From: Catajapyx aquilonaris | Taxonomy: Eukaryota | Direction: 5' to 3' | Length of the DNA: 54,174 bases | Assembly (NCBI GenBank): GCA_000934665.2 | Contig: KZ538684.1 | Coordinates: 1-54,174, forward strand | Shown: positions 10,593-33,656 of the stretch, one piece after another | How the letters are laid out: each line of letters opens with the position of its first letter | Position numbering within the stretch: position 1 is the stretch's first letter | The notes under the pieces: model-generated | Told to the model about the DNA's origin: nothing | What the model saw: the letters and a program-made list of their open reading frames with translations, nothing else | Database searches by the model: none | Program-made: the position numbers and the translations under genes

Positions 10593-13518
10593 ATATTGCC
10601 ATGTCTTTGGCTTGGGGGAATTAAGCAGGAAACATAAAGAACGTTAAATTATAACTGGCACTGTTCACTAGCCCAGTTTTTGTAGATCCAGGTAAACTAA
10701 ACCTCACACAAATTAGACTGCATTTGGAACTGTTCTTTCAGGGCTTTCTTGTCTCCTCTTGGAAACAATCCTCTTCATGTAAAACAGATACCAATTCCAC
10801 AGTGCCTCCATAAAGTGGAACTGGATTGGCAAACTGAAAACAATCTGTTGCCAAGTTGCTCAGAAGGTTCTTGTGGACAGAGCCTGGCTTTGAAAAGTTT
10901 GCGACAGTATGAAGATAGATATTTCCAGTAAACCTGGAGATTGGAGTTTGGCCAGATCCACGTAACGCACAACTTTCCACCAACAAATGCTGCTTTTGGT
11001 CTGCACTTTAAACTTTAAAGCATTATGTAACACAGTTGCATTTGAACCTGTGTTTACTTGACCAACATTTTGTGCTATAATAGGTTGTTTGCATACCATC
11101 ACTGCATCCCACCTTTATTCTTGACCATTGATGGAGACCAGATTATTTGGTTTTCCAGAGGCCATGTAAAATGCTCCCAATCTCAGTTTCACCAATAGAG
11201 ATATTTTTCATCATCTCGAAATGATTTGGGGAAATACTCATTGCACACTCAAAAGTACAACATCTTGTGCAAGTTCTTATGTGTTACGTTTACGTACAAA
11301 GCGTCATGCGAGAGCATCCCGGGAAAAATTTGCTACCCACATGAATCTCTAAAGTTTTACTTATATTTTTTCCTTCAATGTCCTTGCGGATATATGGATG
11401 TCATATTTTTGTGACAGTTTGAACAAGCAAGAATGGCTAGTCAACTGTCATAGGAAGCAAAATTTTGTTCGTGCATGCTTCGTTGGGCGTCAAGAGACAC
11501 CTTCGTGTCTTCAGCGGAAATGGCTTTGCGGCTGACCAGCTTGAAAGAAGACATGTTGTATTTGATTATTTTGGCCCTCTTCCAAGCCCCGCTCATATTA
11601 TTAATTTGTACAGTCAAAAGTATTTATATGTCTACTACTTCACTTGGTGATCCATTCTACAAGCTCATTTTGCGTGTATATAGACGTGTAAATGTAGTGT
11701 AATTATCTGTTGATTGTGTCAGTTAACTGATGTTCATTTTTGAGGGGTTTCCAAGTATCATACATTGCTAGTTGACAAATTTGAGAATAGCTGGAGGAGT
11801 GTAACGCTATGAATGTTGCAGTGATTTTTAAGAAATGGAAGTGCATGCATGGTACTTGATATGCTCCAACCATGCCACCAAAGTTGTGCAGCACAATGTT
11901 ACTTGATATGCTGATGATGGCAGCTACTAGAGCTGTGGAAAAGTCATGGGCCATGTTTAAAGTGGCATTGGAAATGCTGGCAATTCTTTAATGTACCCAT
12001 GGGAGGAGCTGCGATATTCTACTCATGTTACATGCAGATTGACAGATTTCTCACTGTTGTTTGGTGAAGTTAGCTTGTATCATTGTTGTCTTGTGGTAAA
12101 TTGCCGAATAGCATTGGTCCAAGGCAAGCAGAATCAAGGCCAAGTTTGATTGGGAATTTCTGCATGCTTTTTACCACTTGCCATTGGTTTACATAGAATC
12201 ATTTTCCCAACACTGGTATTTGTAATGTTGTCACTCAAGACAAGAACTTGCTCCCTAAGTAAGTGTTGATTGGCTCTTTTCTTATTGGTTCAATGTGGTC
12301 ACTTATGTGCATGATGTTTTGAAAGCCGAATATTGGTGTTTTCATGTAATTACAGTATATATCCTCTGTATGTTCATTTACTATGTGCCATCTGTCCACA
12401 TATATTTTTTTCTGAGATGGTATTACGTATCAAGAAAGGAATCTTTCCATAGAGGTACTGGTGTACTCTACCAGCAGGGATTGCTAGGCTTGCTTTGGAA
12501 GTAACCCTTCAAAATGGAGCTATATAGGGTGGTGCACTGCACAAGTTCATGGTCCAAGGGAGGGCAGGGGTGTTATGAATTGTTTACTCCAGCTACCAAA
12601 ATAGCCCTGATTATTATGTCTCGTTAATGGTTGCTGCCGGTAAGCAATCCAAAGCAATCCGTAACGTCTCCCGTACCCCTCTCTTGAACTGTTAACTTGG
12701 GCGATGCTGCTACCTGTATATGCCAAGTTCAGTTCAATGTAAGTGGACCAGTGGACTGTGTACATATATGGTTACTAACAAGTCCAGGAAAAAATATGGT
12801 AAAAGTTATGCAGGATTTTGTTGACCAAATTTTGTTTATGGGTAGATGTCAGAGTGGCAGGATAGCCAGGCGATATTCTAAAACACTGCTGGACTACATG
12901 TCTGATACCTCTGCCAAAAGTTTTCATGGTAACTGAGGACGAATTCTTCTGGTTGCATTGTCAGAGGCAGGTGTGTGGGATGTTTGGTCCAGCAGTGGGA
13001 CAGGTGTTTCCGGTATTTGGGGTGGTCTTGGGCAGTACACTTGAGTAAACCATGCACTTATAGCTTCTCATTTTCTTAATTGCATCCCACTATCTCATAT
13101 CTTAGAGAATATGCAATCTTCTCTAATAGCGGTTGGGCTCTCACAGGCCTGGCATGATTGTTTCAGGACTTGTTAAAACCATGTCTGCATGGGGTTCACT
13201 GGCTCACTTTCATTTAACTAAATCATGCACAGTATGTGGAGAGACAGTTTAAGTCACCAACAGTTGCTGTTCATACTCCCATGATCCATGCATTTTCTTA
13301 TCAGAGTACTTGACTTTATCCCAAAAGGATCATGGAAACGAACTGTACCACGTTTCTTAACTTAGCTCTGGTTTGTATAAGTGGGAATATTGCGCATTCT
13401 AATAAGTAATGGTGAACCTTAGAATCGAAGACAGGAGAGAGGAGAGTTGCAAGTGGGGGAGTGCCCTTTTGGTTCTCTGGTCTGAATTGTGTATAGAGGG
13501 TAATCTTGGGCATAGGCA

Positions 13519-13676
13519 CAGGGTTGGACATAATCGCGTCGTACTGCTAGCAACATTTTCCGAAGCGGCAGAAGAATGAATCTGCTCACACAGCTTTCAC
13601 GCCATTGATCTGTTTCGTTCTTCTACCACTTTGGAAAATGTCGCCAGCAGTACGACGCGATTAACGTCCAACACTG
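13519..13676. mobile_element. Short Tc1-like MITE
   Basis: TIR CAGGGTTGGACATAATCGCGTCGTACTGCT ... AGCAGTACGACGCGATTAACGTCCAACACTG followed by TA. Confidence 0.8.
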
Positions 13677-16078
13677 TACTACCTTGTAGCAGGAAAGTGA
13701 AATTTCCACCAATACAGATGTGAGGATTTAGGCGGTTAACCACATGGTCAACAAGAGTCAAGTTAGCATAACAGCATTGGCAGTAAGTCTAACTTGACCT
13801 TTCTAGTCTCCCAATCAGTCTCGTTTTTTTGGGGTTGCTTCCACTAACATACTAGTGACTCCTCAATTAGCTGACTTCTATTGATCCTTTCTTCAAGTTT
13901 TACATGTACCTCAGTTTGATACAGTAATACTGTCCTAGAAAGAAAAAAAATTAAACTTGCATACTGTAAAATGATATTTTTTTGGGCCAAGCCAAGTTTT
14001 TTGCTAGCAATTTACTGAGTGGGTGTTGCTTGGTGCTTGAACTATCTCCAGTAATTACACAAATGTTCAGTGAGTGTCATTTCTGTACACTACCTCTTAA
14101 TGTTCCCAGAACATTCATTGGTCTCATTTCTTGACATTCAATTCAAAAATTTTGTTGTTAAATGTTAAGATGTATTCATGGACTGATTATTATGTACTGA
14201 ATGTAACTTGTTACCTGGAGTTATTTAGGTCCATTGCCACTTATTAACTTGACGTTTAGAGGACATTCATAAATGAACAAAAACTCCCTTGTCTAGTGCT
14301 GCACATTCACTTGCTGTTCACTGATCACTCGTGTGTTGCTGGTGATGCTTTGGCAAATAATAATCAGTGCAATTATTATTGCTGGGAAAAAATTGGAAAG
14401 CACTAAGACCACTAGCATGTTTCTTGATCAACCCTTGCACATGTCAGCGGCATTAAAATTGTGAAAAGCATTTACCTTTGCCACGTGAGCAATCTGTTCT
14501 GCCATCCTAACATCTTATTTTAAGTACAGTATAAGAATACAAATGCATGGAAAAGACAATGCACCAATGCCAGTACAGTCAATTCACAGATATTTTTGCC
14601 AACTCACGTGCAGTATTTAGAGTCTTCTCTCCCTTCCCCATGTATACTCCTCCACTTATTTTGACCCAGAACTGTGCTACCTCAAACAAAATAGGGTAAT
14701 TCCTGTGGAACTGAGAAGGTATGCATGTATGAAGAGTTGTAAACCTATGGCATGTGGATCACAAAATAAGTGGTCCAGGGACATGCTCCAGTAGTATACA
14801 ACACTTCAATACACTGCCACTCATTTCAGTCCTGCTTCCATTATTAAGCTGTTGTGAAGAGAGAGATGTTATAGTGTATGACATACAAAAGAAAAGAAAA
14901 AAACCTCCCCCAAAAATCACGAGTGGTTGTGCCTCTTGTGCCTAAACCATGGTCCGACCGAACACGCATAGGGACGATTCTGTGTATTTTGATGGGTTGT
15001 GTCCCAAATTGTGCCATATATGTGTACGTACTTGAAGTCGTCGTTGTCACTTGTCATCTTCTCAGCAATGAATAACTTTAGTGGACAGCTCTCCTTTTAG
15101 TGTAGGGAAAATGCCCACACTCGTTACAAAGTTTGATAATTACATACATGGACAATTGTTACACGCTTGAGATTTTGGATGGGCCTCTTCCCAAAAAGAG
15201 GACACATTTGTTTCAAATTGTACCTAAATAGTGTTTTAACCTGTTGTGGTTGTCTCACTGGAGATGCCAAAAAATGTTGGCAATTGTCTTGGCTTGTTCT
15301 GAGAAGGCCTTTTCCCCGAGAATTCTCTTGACTGATTTTTGTTGGCTGGTGACCAGTGAGGCCAGAGCAAATGGTGCGAACAAACACAAAATTTTTGAGC
15401 TGCTGTGCCACTCTTGGTTCACTGACTGCACATTGCCAATAATGTTGTTGCATGAGCAGATGACATACAAATTGTGTAATGCATTTTGTATATACGTACA
15501 TTGGAGATGCTGTTGGAGAGTTAGGGAGGTTTAATTTTTGACTGCTGAAAGTTAAAAAGCAGAGTGTAATGTGTGCATGAAGTTTTCCCATGCAGACTGT
15601 ATGTAATATAGGGGAGAAGTCCTCTAATTTTTTATTTTGAAAATAAAATGAGGGAAAGTGACATGAAACTAGCGTGGCTATTCACCTTATGTACCTAAGA
15701 CTTGATCTTTCACAGCGTAAGTATGGAAGCTGCTAGGCGGTGTGGCTTGCCTTGGCCTACCACATCCTGGAAAACTTGTCACATGCAGGTGAGCAAGGGT
15801 AATGACAGTGAGTTTGCATAGCCTTCTGACATCCTAGTTTTCCACAGGGGAATTCTGAAGTATTTATGCAGTTTCTCTGCAACTGAATAAGTCTGGGAAC
15901 CAGAATTTACCTGCATTTTGGAGATTCCATTGGTTACTATTGTTAGCACCAAGTCTCTTTCAATGGGCATTATGATCAAATCACTGTGCATGCTCTTTTA
16001 TACAATGAATTAGGTGTCTAATTAAGATGTACAGTACGGTATATATTTTTTTAAATTCTAGAAACTCCTACCTCACTT

Positions 16079-16352
16079 GGCATGCCAGTACAAAACGAGG
16101 TCGGCCGGCATGCTGGTATAACCTGGGTGTGGCCGGCATGCTGAAATAACCAGGGTAGATATCCATAATTTTGATCCTTGTCATATGTTTTTGAATGCAT
16201 CTGGTACTGTACTAAAATAATGTTACGGTGAAAAATGTCCAAGTACAGGGCTGTGAGAATAGGTCTATGCAAGTTCATCTGTTGCACAGGGTACAGAGTG
16301 TGACCAATCCCATCGTCAGTCGTCTACTCTGACAGGGGAACCCCGCTAAACA
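16079..16352 (+). repeat. Unclassified interspersed repeat, copy 1
   Basis: About 270 bp co-linear similarity with 50459-50738 (GGCATGCCAGTA...GGTATAACCTGGG...TAATTTTGATCC...GTGTGACCAATC.CATCGTCAG). Confidence 0.8.
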
Positions 16353-17798
16353 TTACAATGGATCGAGGCTCTTTAGTCCTTCGTTTTGCTCAATAGTTCG
16401 CTGGTCGCAGATCTACGCCTCGTTCCTCAGATAATAATTATAATCCAAACCAAACGAACGTATTAAATATCTTGGTAGGTATGCTTCCCTTCTTGGAGCC
16501 TTGCACTTTTAATTGAAACTGTTGTCGTGAAATGTCAGTTGATCTCTGTTACCTGTTTGGACCATTTTATGTGTCGGAATTGAATGATATTCTAAGATTG
16601 GGATCTTGTCAGTGTTCAGTGTGCCAATTTGTGTCATTCGGATAGCCAAGAAGGGAATTATGCCCTTTTTGCCTTGCGTAAGAACCTTCGCCCGTGGGCC
16701 GGCCCCAGGGCGAAAATGTGTGATTCGGGACATTTGACGTAGTCTTGGATGTCTGGGTTACAGGTCTGCCAATTCTCAAATTTTTAGCTCACTTAGAAGT
16801 GTGTGAAAATAATTACGTAAAGTACATGACATTGCACACGGAAAGACCTATCCCAATTTTAATTTATCCTCACCGTGACGTTTTCCCCCTCCACCAATCA
16901 CCGCCCACTAGCCGGATGGTCCAACCAGATCGTGTTTTTCTACCACGTGGGTGGGACGGTGGCGCCGTCGCCGGGTGTGGCGGCGGAGAGAGACACCACA
17001 GGAGACGCCAAGCCAGCTCGGCGAGAATCACATTGTATTGCATCTCGAGGAGCATGGCTGGATTCCCGATTAGCGATAGGGCCATATTAAAGATCCTGAT
17101 GGAGGAGGAGGAGGTCTCCCCTGCAGCTGCCAATGGGGATGGGGGTGACCTGCAGGGACAAGGAGGGGATGATGATGATGATGGACCAGAAGAAGAGGTT
17201 GGAGAGATCCCTCAGGTCAGTCCCTCCGGTGCATTGGGAACCCCAGCAACCCTGGAAGAGAAAGGAAGTCAGTATGAGCAGGCAGAGCCTCCATCTGCGG
17301 AATCTGCCTTCATCAACGGTGCAAGTAAGGAACATTTTAAACGTAACTGCTGACCACATTTTGTTCCAGCATGGAATGGAACATGTTCTGGAATAATGGT
17401 TTAAACCTCTTTCAGATGGTATGACTATCAACCGTACAGGGTTGCAGACCCTTTGCATGCTGTTCCGAGATTTTCTCGTGGACATCCTTGGCCATTTCCC
17501 GTTCACCCTGCTGAGAGTGCCCATCCGTGGGATTCCAGCCCTCATGGAACCAACCAACTCATCACGCACGGTGAGTAAGAACCCCAGGTCACTCCATCCA
17601 ACGCACTTGGTGGCCCAAAACATGTCGAAAATTTAAGGATTCCATGTTGCAATCCCAACCATTAACAATGTGCATGCCATAGGCTGTGGATGATTCCAGT
17701 TTAAGAATGTGACAAGAAAAACCCTCACTACACTCGCATTTTTCTATGAAAAACACTATAGCTTGTTGAATTATGAAGATTTTTATGTAGCCTTAGAA

Positions 17799-18830
17799 CA
17801 GTGGTTCCCAAACTTTTTTTTGTCGCGTACCCCTTTTCAAATATGTCAAGGCAGTTTGTATCCCCACTCTGACCTGTTACCTGAAAATAGTAACTGTGGG
17901 CAAATAATTATCAATTAATGTGATGGGTATGATTTCTTTCTTTCACATTATGGCTAATATTAGGGACAAGACAGTAGTGACATCAATTATTATTTAAACC
18001 TGAGGTCTTTCTCAACACAGAGGCGATGACTGTACTTTGTTTTCATGGAAGTTAATGAAAAACAGCTTCACATAAACAGGTAGTTAGTAAATGGTATTAA
18101 GACAGTACTTCAGATAACTGCAATAGTTGCCAGGCCCGGATAGTCTTCCATTTATTCAGCCCAAAAGTTCAGAAGGGTATTTTCAAATTTCAAACTTCCA
18201 TTCGTAGAAATGATGACCCTTCCTGATTCTGCACTGATATGTTCAGGAGGGATAAAGAAATCTGAAGCTACTGATGCAATTGATTTGCATGTACATTTCG
18301 AAATTAAATCATTTCTAAACTATTGTGCCAATTGATTCATGTACTGATGTCCACTGGGCCTCCACTGTTGCTTTGAAATTCTTGAGAGTGTTGGAAAACA
18401 AGAAAAGTTGCTACCTTGTATACAAAATTTTCCCCAAAACTGGGATTTTTTGCTCAATCCTTCGATTTTGCTTATTTGCACATGAAATATATTGTCAGGG
18501 ATGTCTTGAAGTCCCCAGATTCATTCGTTGAGACTCGAAAATTTTTAGGCCAGGGAGATCATCCTCTGCAGCCAGAGTTTATTTTAAAATCCTTCACAAC
18601 GCTTCAAAGCGCAATGATAGAACCAGTTATTCGAGTTAACACTGTCATGTTGCTTCTTGAGTTTCAACGCGTGCTCTGAATGAAAATGGCATCAGTCAGA
18701 AAAGGCCTCTGCATATAATAAATCTAATCTTCACTAAAATATTAATAGCAAAAAGTATGACCATTTTTGCGATTTTCTCATAATTAAGTTGGTTCATTCT
18801 TGTCGAAAGAATAATATGGTTCCCACTAAT
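17799..18830 (-). mobile_element. Degenerate hAT (Charlie/Buster) transposon 3' part with transposase remnant
   Basis: TIR CAGTGGTTCCCAAAC at 17799; - strand translation DNIFHV..KIEGLSKKSQFW..GSNFSCFPTL and NFWAE*MEDYPGLA..LIPF...SMKTKYSHRLCVEKDLR resembles the hAT C-terminal dimerisation region; many stops. Confidence 0.75.
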
Positions 18831-20746
18831 GTAGACTGGATGACATTGCACAATATCGTTCGTGTACTTTGTTTTCTCAATTAGATGATATCTGTAACTT
18901 TTCGTAACGTGTGATTTGCTGTGTTCCAGGAGAAACCTGCACAACGTTACCGTGACCTTCCCCCGGACCGTGATCCCCGATTGTGATCATACTATGCCGA
19001 ACGTCATCGCTCCAGGCATGGTAGTCCGGTTTGGGTTTCCTGAAGCCATCATGTGTTTGAAATTTTTTTTTTGGCAATGATGTGTCAAAAAAGCGTACAA
19101 AAAATGTAATAAAACGAACTGAGGGTGAAATGTCTTGTATGACTCAAGTTTTTTGCCAACTGCCGAGTAGGCCTATGTGGAAGTTAAAAGGTGGTCCTCT
19201 GAGGGCCTGCGTTAATAATATTCTAACGCAATTTAATTTATACTGATTTAAAATTTCAGAAATATGAAAAATATTCCTGTAAAACTTGACATTATAATTC
19301 AACACCTGTTCAGTTGGAAAATGGATCAAATAAGTAATTTTTTGTCACATGCACTGTTTGTGAATATTATGCAGTCCTCCTGACTAGAAATCATTCCGGG
19401 AGCCAGGGAGAATAACCCTCTTCAAATTTAGGTTTTCACAACAAAAATTGTAGGCCTATCCTAAACTATATCGTGATTGTAAACACATTTCTTGTATTTG
19501 GATGCCTGCCCTGAGGTTCAATTGCTATGAAACCTTCCATGGTTAAGTAGCGGTGTTGTCCATCTTCACCACCTCGATGAGAAGAGGGCAGTCTTCGATC
19601 TTATCCTCGTTAGCCAACACTTCGTCCTTATGCTGCCTCATCAGCATGATCGCCGACTCCATCGTCAGCTGGTCAGCCTCACACGAATGGGCCAGCACGG
19701 CGCACTAGCAGGCCACGTTGTTTAGGTTCAACCCTGCAGATATGGACGCTTCACACAAGGCCTTCAGTCGTGGGACATCAAACTTGTGAGATATTTCAAG
19801 CAGTCCATGTAAATGTACCAGGAATGAGCGACATACAAATCTGTGGACAAGTCCCAGGCAACGTGTCGGCAAGGCGATTACCTGAGAAAGTGGGCTATGA
19901 CTTCAGTGGTGTAATCATCGAGGGCGATGAAGTCCCTCTCACACTCTTCCAGCAGCTTGGGGCACCGGACGGCCAGTATCGCCTTGTGGACTCGCATTTT
20001 CTCTTTCTTGACTATCACTATTAGATTCGCATGATGGCCCATTGACAGCCGCCTTCCCAAGTCACACTTCAGACGACATGTCAAGCAGGCTGGATTGCTT
20101 CGTCCCCGGCCTCTCCCTGCAGAGAGAAGACTGTTTGAAAAAGCACCTCGTCATACCGAAGCATCGCTTATCCCATAGCTTCTTGCGTACTGGAGAGCTT
20201 GCTCATCCCCTCTTCGTTTCCTGGAGGCATGAACCAGGAGAGGTAATCTGGTCTGCCCAGTGGGGGTGGCGGAAGTGACCCAGGGCCATGGGTGGTCAGC
20301 GTGGGACTTCGTACCTGGCCCTCGCATGGGAGGGTGACAGCTCCCTTGGGAAGGAGATGGTACTTTTCCCGAATCAGGTCTTTCACCGTGATGAAGTTGG
20401 GTGGTCCCCACGTGCACTGGTTCACTGAGAGATGCCTGAAAGGGTGCCAAGCACAACTCCACTTCCCTCCAACCTCATCGCCATCAATGTCAATCAGGGT
20501 AAACCTCAGGGCTGTCGCAATCTCCGGATGCGCCGAAGACACCAGTGAGAGGAATACACCAATATGCATGTACACAATTTTATTTATCCCTGCTTGATGA
20601 AGTAATTGAGTCAGATGACTTGGCATGTGGTTAGAACATATTACATCCAATAAGTTCTTATAAGATTTACTTAAGTGTTAGTCCTGTAGGTTACTATTAA
20701 TGTTATTGTTGTACTAGTGGCTTGCAACAGTTAATGGAAAAGTGCC

Positions 20747-21300
20747 TACTATCCGTTTATTTAATATAGAGCCCTGGGTGTGACTCTAAACAACTCCCAG
20801 GAAAATTATCCAAAAAATAATGGTATGTATCGTAAGAAAGCTTGCTTAAATCCACGTTACATAATTATATATGCGAGTTGTTTTCCTATTGTCAGTCTCT
20901 AATTTTTTAGCGTAAAAAGAAGGCGGAAAAGTGTCATTTTTTGACTATAGTTGCCGACGTTGCACCACAAAGTGAATTTTTTATGACACTTTCAGGAGGC
21001 CAAAAAAATCCCCCTGTGAACCCTGGATAGTGCACATCTTTGTCTATCTAATGATATATTTGAAACATTGAGATCGCCATTTCTGTAATCATAATCGGCA
21101 ACTAGTCAAAAAATGACACTTTTCCACCTTCTTTTATACGATAAAAAATTAGAGACTGACGATAGGAAAACAACTCGCATATATGTAACGTGGATTTAAA
21201 AGCTTTCGAACGATATGTAACTTTATATTTTTTGGACAATATTTGCCTGGGAGTTGTTTAGAGTCAAACACAGGGCTCTATATTAAATAAACGGATAGTA
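20747..21300. mobile_element. MITE with long TIRs and TA flanks
   Basis: TA-CTATCCGTTTATTTAATATAGAGCCCTG...CAGGGCTCTATATTAAATAAACGGATAG-TA; arms pair over about 200 bp. Confidence 0.9.
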
Positions 21301-21326
21301 GGGCCTAGTGTGTGTATTGTCCGACT

Positions 21327-21531
21327 CAGTGGCGGGCGCCCCCCCCCCCCCCATAGCTCCCCAGAGAGGGAAAAAGGGGGGGAAACGGGTGGAAGACTCG
21401 CAAAAACCCTCTAGAACAGTGCAATTTTGCGGTCGTGACTCCAAATTTGGGGTCGCGAGGAAGGGTTGTGACCTTGAACCGAAAAAAAATTCGCNCCCCT
21501 CCCCAGAAAAAAATTCCTGGATCCGCCACTG
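21327..21531. mobile_element. hAT-type MITE inserted in coding exon of the SPOP-like gene
   Basis: TIR CAGTGGCGG...CCGCCACTG; perfect 8-bp TSD GTCCGACT at 21319-21326 and 21532-21539. Confidence 0.9.
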
Positions 21532-21844
21532 GTCCGACTGGCCCTGCGACAAATACGGCTGACTTGTGGACGTGACCTGGGACCATGCTGAGGAAATGCG
21601 GGAAACCATGGATTCTCCAGAGGAACCTGAATCGGAAGTCCTTCGCCTTTGTGAGGCACCAGGCCTCCACCTCTGCTCTCTCATAGCCCATCTTCCTTTA
21701 CCCAGTTTATCTACCGCACCCGCTGACCAGAAAACACACAGAATTTTGAACTGCCATGCCAGTTGACAAAAGAGAACACACTCAAAATGCGGTGACTAAA
21801 GAATGGTATCGATCCATTTCCATGGTGATCGGGTTTGAGACACT

Positions 21845-22309
21845 AGGCGTATTCGGCAATTCAGGAATCTGACTTCCTGGGCTGTTTTGATGTTCGGCAA
21901 ATCAGGTGCCACGCCCCCTGAAGTAAGTGCGCATGCGCCCTACCTGACTTCCCAAGCTCAGGAACTTAGTGTGCTCCTGACCTGACTTACTTGCTGAGAA
22001 ACAATTAACAAACAAATTATTGTTATGGATGGAGCAGTGTTGCCAATGCTAAATGCCCAAAAACCCCGCGAGAGGACCTGAAAATACCCGATTTTACCCG
22101 CATTTTCATTTTACCCGCACCATTACCCGCCAGCGTCCGAAATACGGCACCGAAATACCCGAACGTTGGCATATCACTGGGATGCAGCACAGGCGGGTAG
22201 GGGGGGTCTCTCAGTTCGGCCGTTCGGCAATAATCTTCTGAGGGGCAGGGCTAACAACTCAGATATCACGTGACGCATCTCAGAAAAATCTGAATTGCCG
22301 AATACGCCT
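21845..22309. mobile_element. MITE (possibly PIF/Harbinger)
   Basis: Perfect TIR AGGCGTATTCGGCAATTCAG ... CTGAATTGCCGAATACGCCT; TSD reads as ACT or TA. Confidence 0.8.
22035..22179. mobile_element. Small hAT-type MITE nested in the previous element
   Basis: CAGTGTTGCCAA ... TTGGCATATCACTG; 8-bp TSD GGATGGAG / GGATGCAG. Confidence 0.72.
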
Positions 22310-22658
22310 ACTTTCCATCAATGCAAGATGCACTCCATTGTTGCAGGCCACAAATCACCATTGTTGAAATGCACGATTGTAAGGCGCTAGAAAACATTGT
22401 TATCCTGACTTTTAAGGGCCACCATTGCGACTCTCCTGCAATGAGGGAAGGCTGACTGCCAGGATAAAACCTGACAGAGTGACAGGTTGTGATCGTGGTT
22501 GTGATCATTGTTTCGCTCACCTCTCTGACACTTCCTATACCAGTACATTGCTCCCCCTGCGCTGTTTGGGAGGCTACGTAGAGAAGTGGTAAAGCGCCAT
22601 TCGATTGGGACACAGCCACACAGGTATAGGCTCACTACTTATCAAACTTTCACCTTAA

Positions 22659-23053
22659 GGGTGGGATAAAGGTCCCGGCGCTAATGGAGGTTGACATGTT
22701 AAATCTCGGGCCTAATAACTCCGTAATTACTGAACAGAATGACATGAAATTTTTGACACAACAACCTTTGTCGCGGCTATGTTGAGCGATTTTGCTCATT
22801 TGGTCCTTATTCTTCATAGGACATTATTTCCTCACATGCCTTCAAATTCCTCTCAGTTTCGTGGTTTTCATAATTAACTGAATCCCTAAAACAGGTTTCG
22901 CTCAACATAGCCGTGACAAGGGTTGTTGTGTCTGTCGTGTTGTGTCAAAAATTTCATGTCATTCTGATTCTGTTCAGTAATTACGGAGTTATTAGACCTG
23001 ACATTTAACATGTCAACCTTCAAAAGCGCCGTGCCGGGACCTTTATCCCACCC
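22659..23053. mobile_element. TTAA-specific MITE with GG termini (Kolobok-like)
   Basis: TTAA-GGGTGGGATAAAGGTCCCGGC ... GCCGGGACCTTTATCCCACCC-TTAA; arms pair over more than 120 bp. Confidence 0.88.
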
Positions 23054-23892
23054 TTAAGTCTTTTCCAAGAGGCTTTAATCACTGGGGTTATCTCTGGGTA
23101 TAGCTGATGCCGTATCTTAGTCTTAGGTAAGCCCACATGTCAACGTTGACTCAAAAATTTAATTTAATTCAATATAACTTATCTAACCATTAAATTTAAC
23201 ATTTTAAAATGTCTCAAATATCTGTCACCTCAGAAAGAAAACCGAAAATCCCATTTATATATACTATGTAAAATGTCAAACTCTATATGTTTTTTCCGTG
23301 TCTTTCTAGTCCCATCCATCAAACAAATCACTGTTATTCCGGACACTTTAATTCCTTTTCAGTTTTCTTATGGGAGAATAATATCCGTGATTATACAGCA
23401 CTTCGTAAGGCGCAATACAGTAGTGCGTATCACGTTCTCATATGAATGAATGAAGGTGTAGCGTTCATTCATGTGGGCGGCGAGCAACATGGCAACCGCG
23501 CTAGCAGACGACCCAGGCTATTGAATTGGGCGGAGTTACCCGCTGTCAGTCTGGAGTTCAACCTGGAAAGGTGACCTTCCAACAAAAGGGTTTACCAGCA
23601 CGTCTGGGGTGAGGTCACGGCTCGATCCAGGAGGTCAGCTGGTCATGGTTGGGAGGGTTATTAGCGGGGTGTGAGCGCAATTAGTGTGGGCGGCGGAAGT
23701 CGATATTTTGGAGGGGGCGGAAGGGCCGGACTTGCAAGCTTGCAGGGCTGCAAGGGTTTCACTGCTGCTTCCTCCACTGCAGCTGGAACACCACACGAAA
23801 GGTCAGTAAGGGTCAGTGGGGTTGCTGGCCTGCTTGCTGATCTGCTGTGCTTTCAGGGTGAACATAATGGTAAGGTGCATTTCTGGAGCGCT

Positions 23893-33656
<9,764 letters not shown>

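Larger units (their letters stand above)
19543..21691 (-). pseudogene. SPOP/roadkill/TDPOZ-like MATH-BTB gene, disrupted
   Basis: VEAWCLTKAKDFRFRFLWRIHGF (MATH start), IGVFLSLVS..RFTLID..WGPPNFI..LLPKGAVTLPCE (MATH end), CRLKCDLG..RVHKAILAVRCP (BTB), LLEISHKFDVPRLKALCEASI..LNLNNVA (BTB end); in-frame TAG at 19705-19707; 41-nt GT-AG intron 19841-19881; two MITE insertions. Confidence 0.85.

Noticed and set aside
23500..23610. bam-type Mad/Medea silencer near the MEIOC start
   Set aside because: CAGAC/GTCTG sites exist (~23506, ~23549, ~23602) but none has GRCGNC at the required 5-nt spacing
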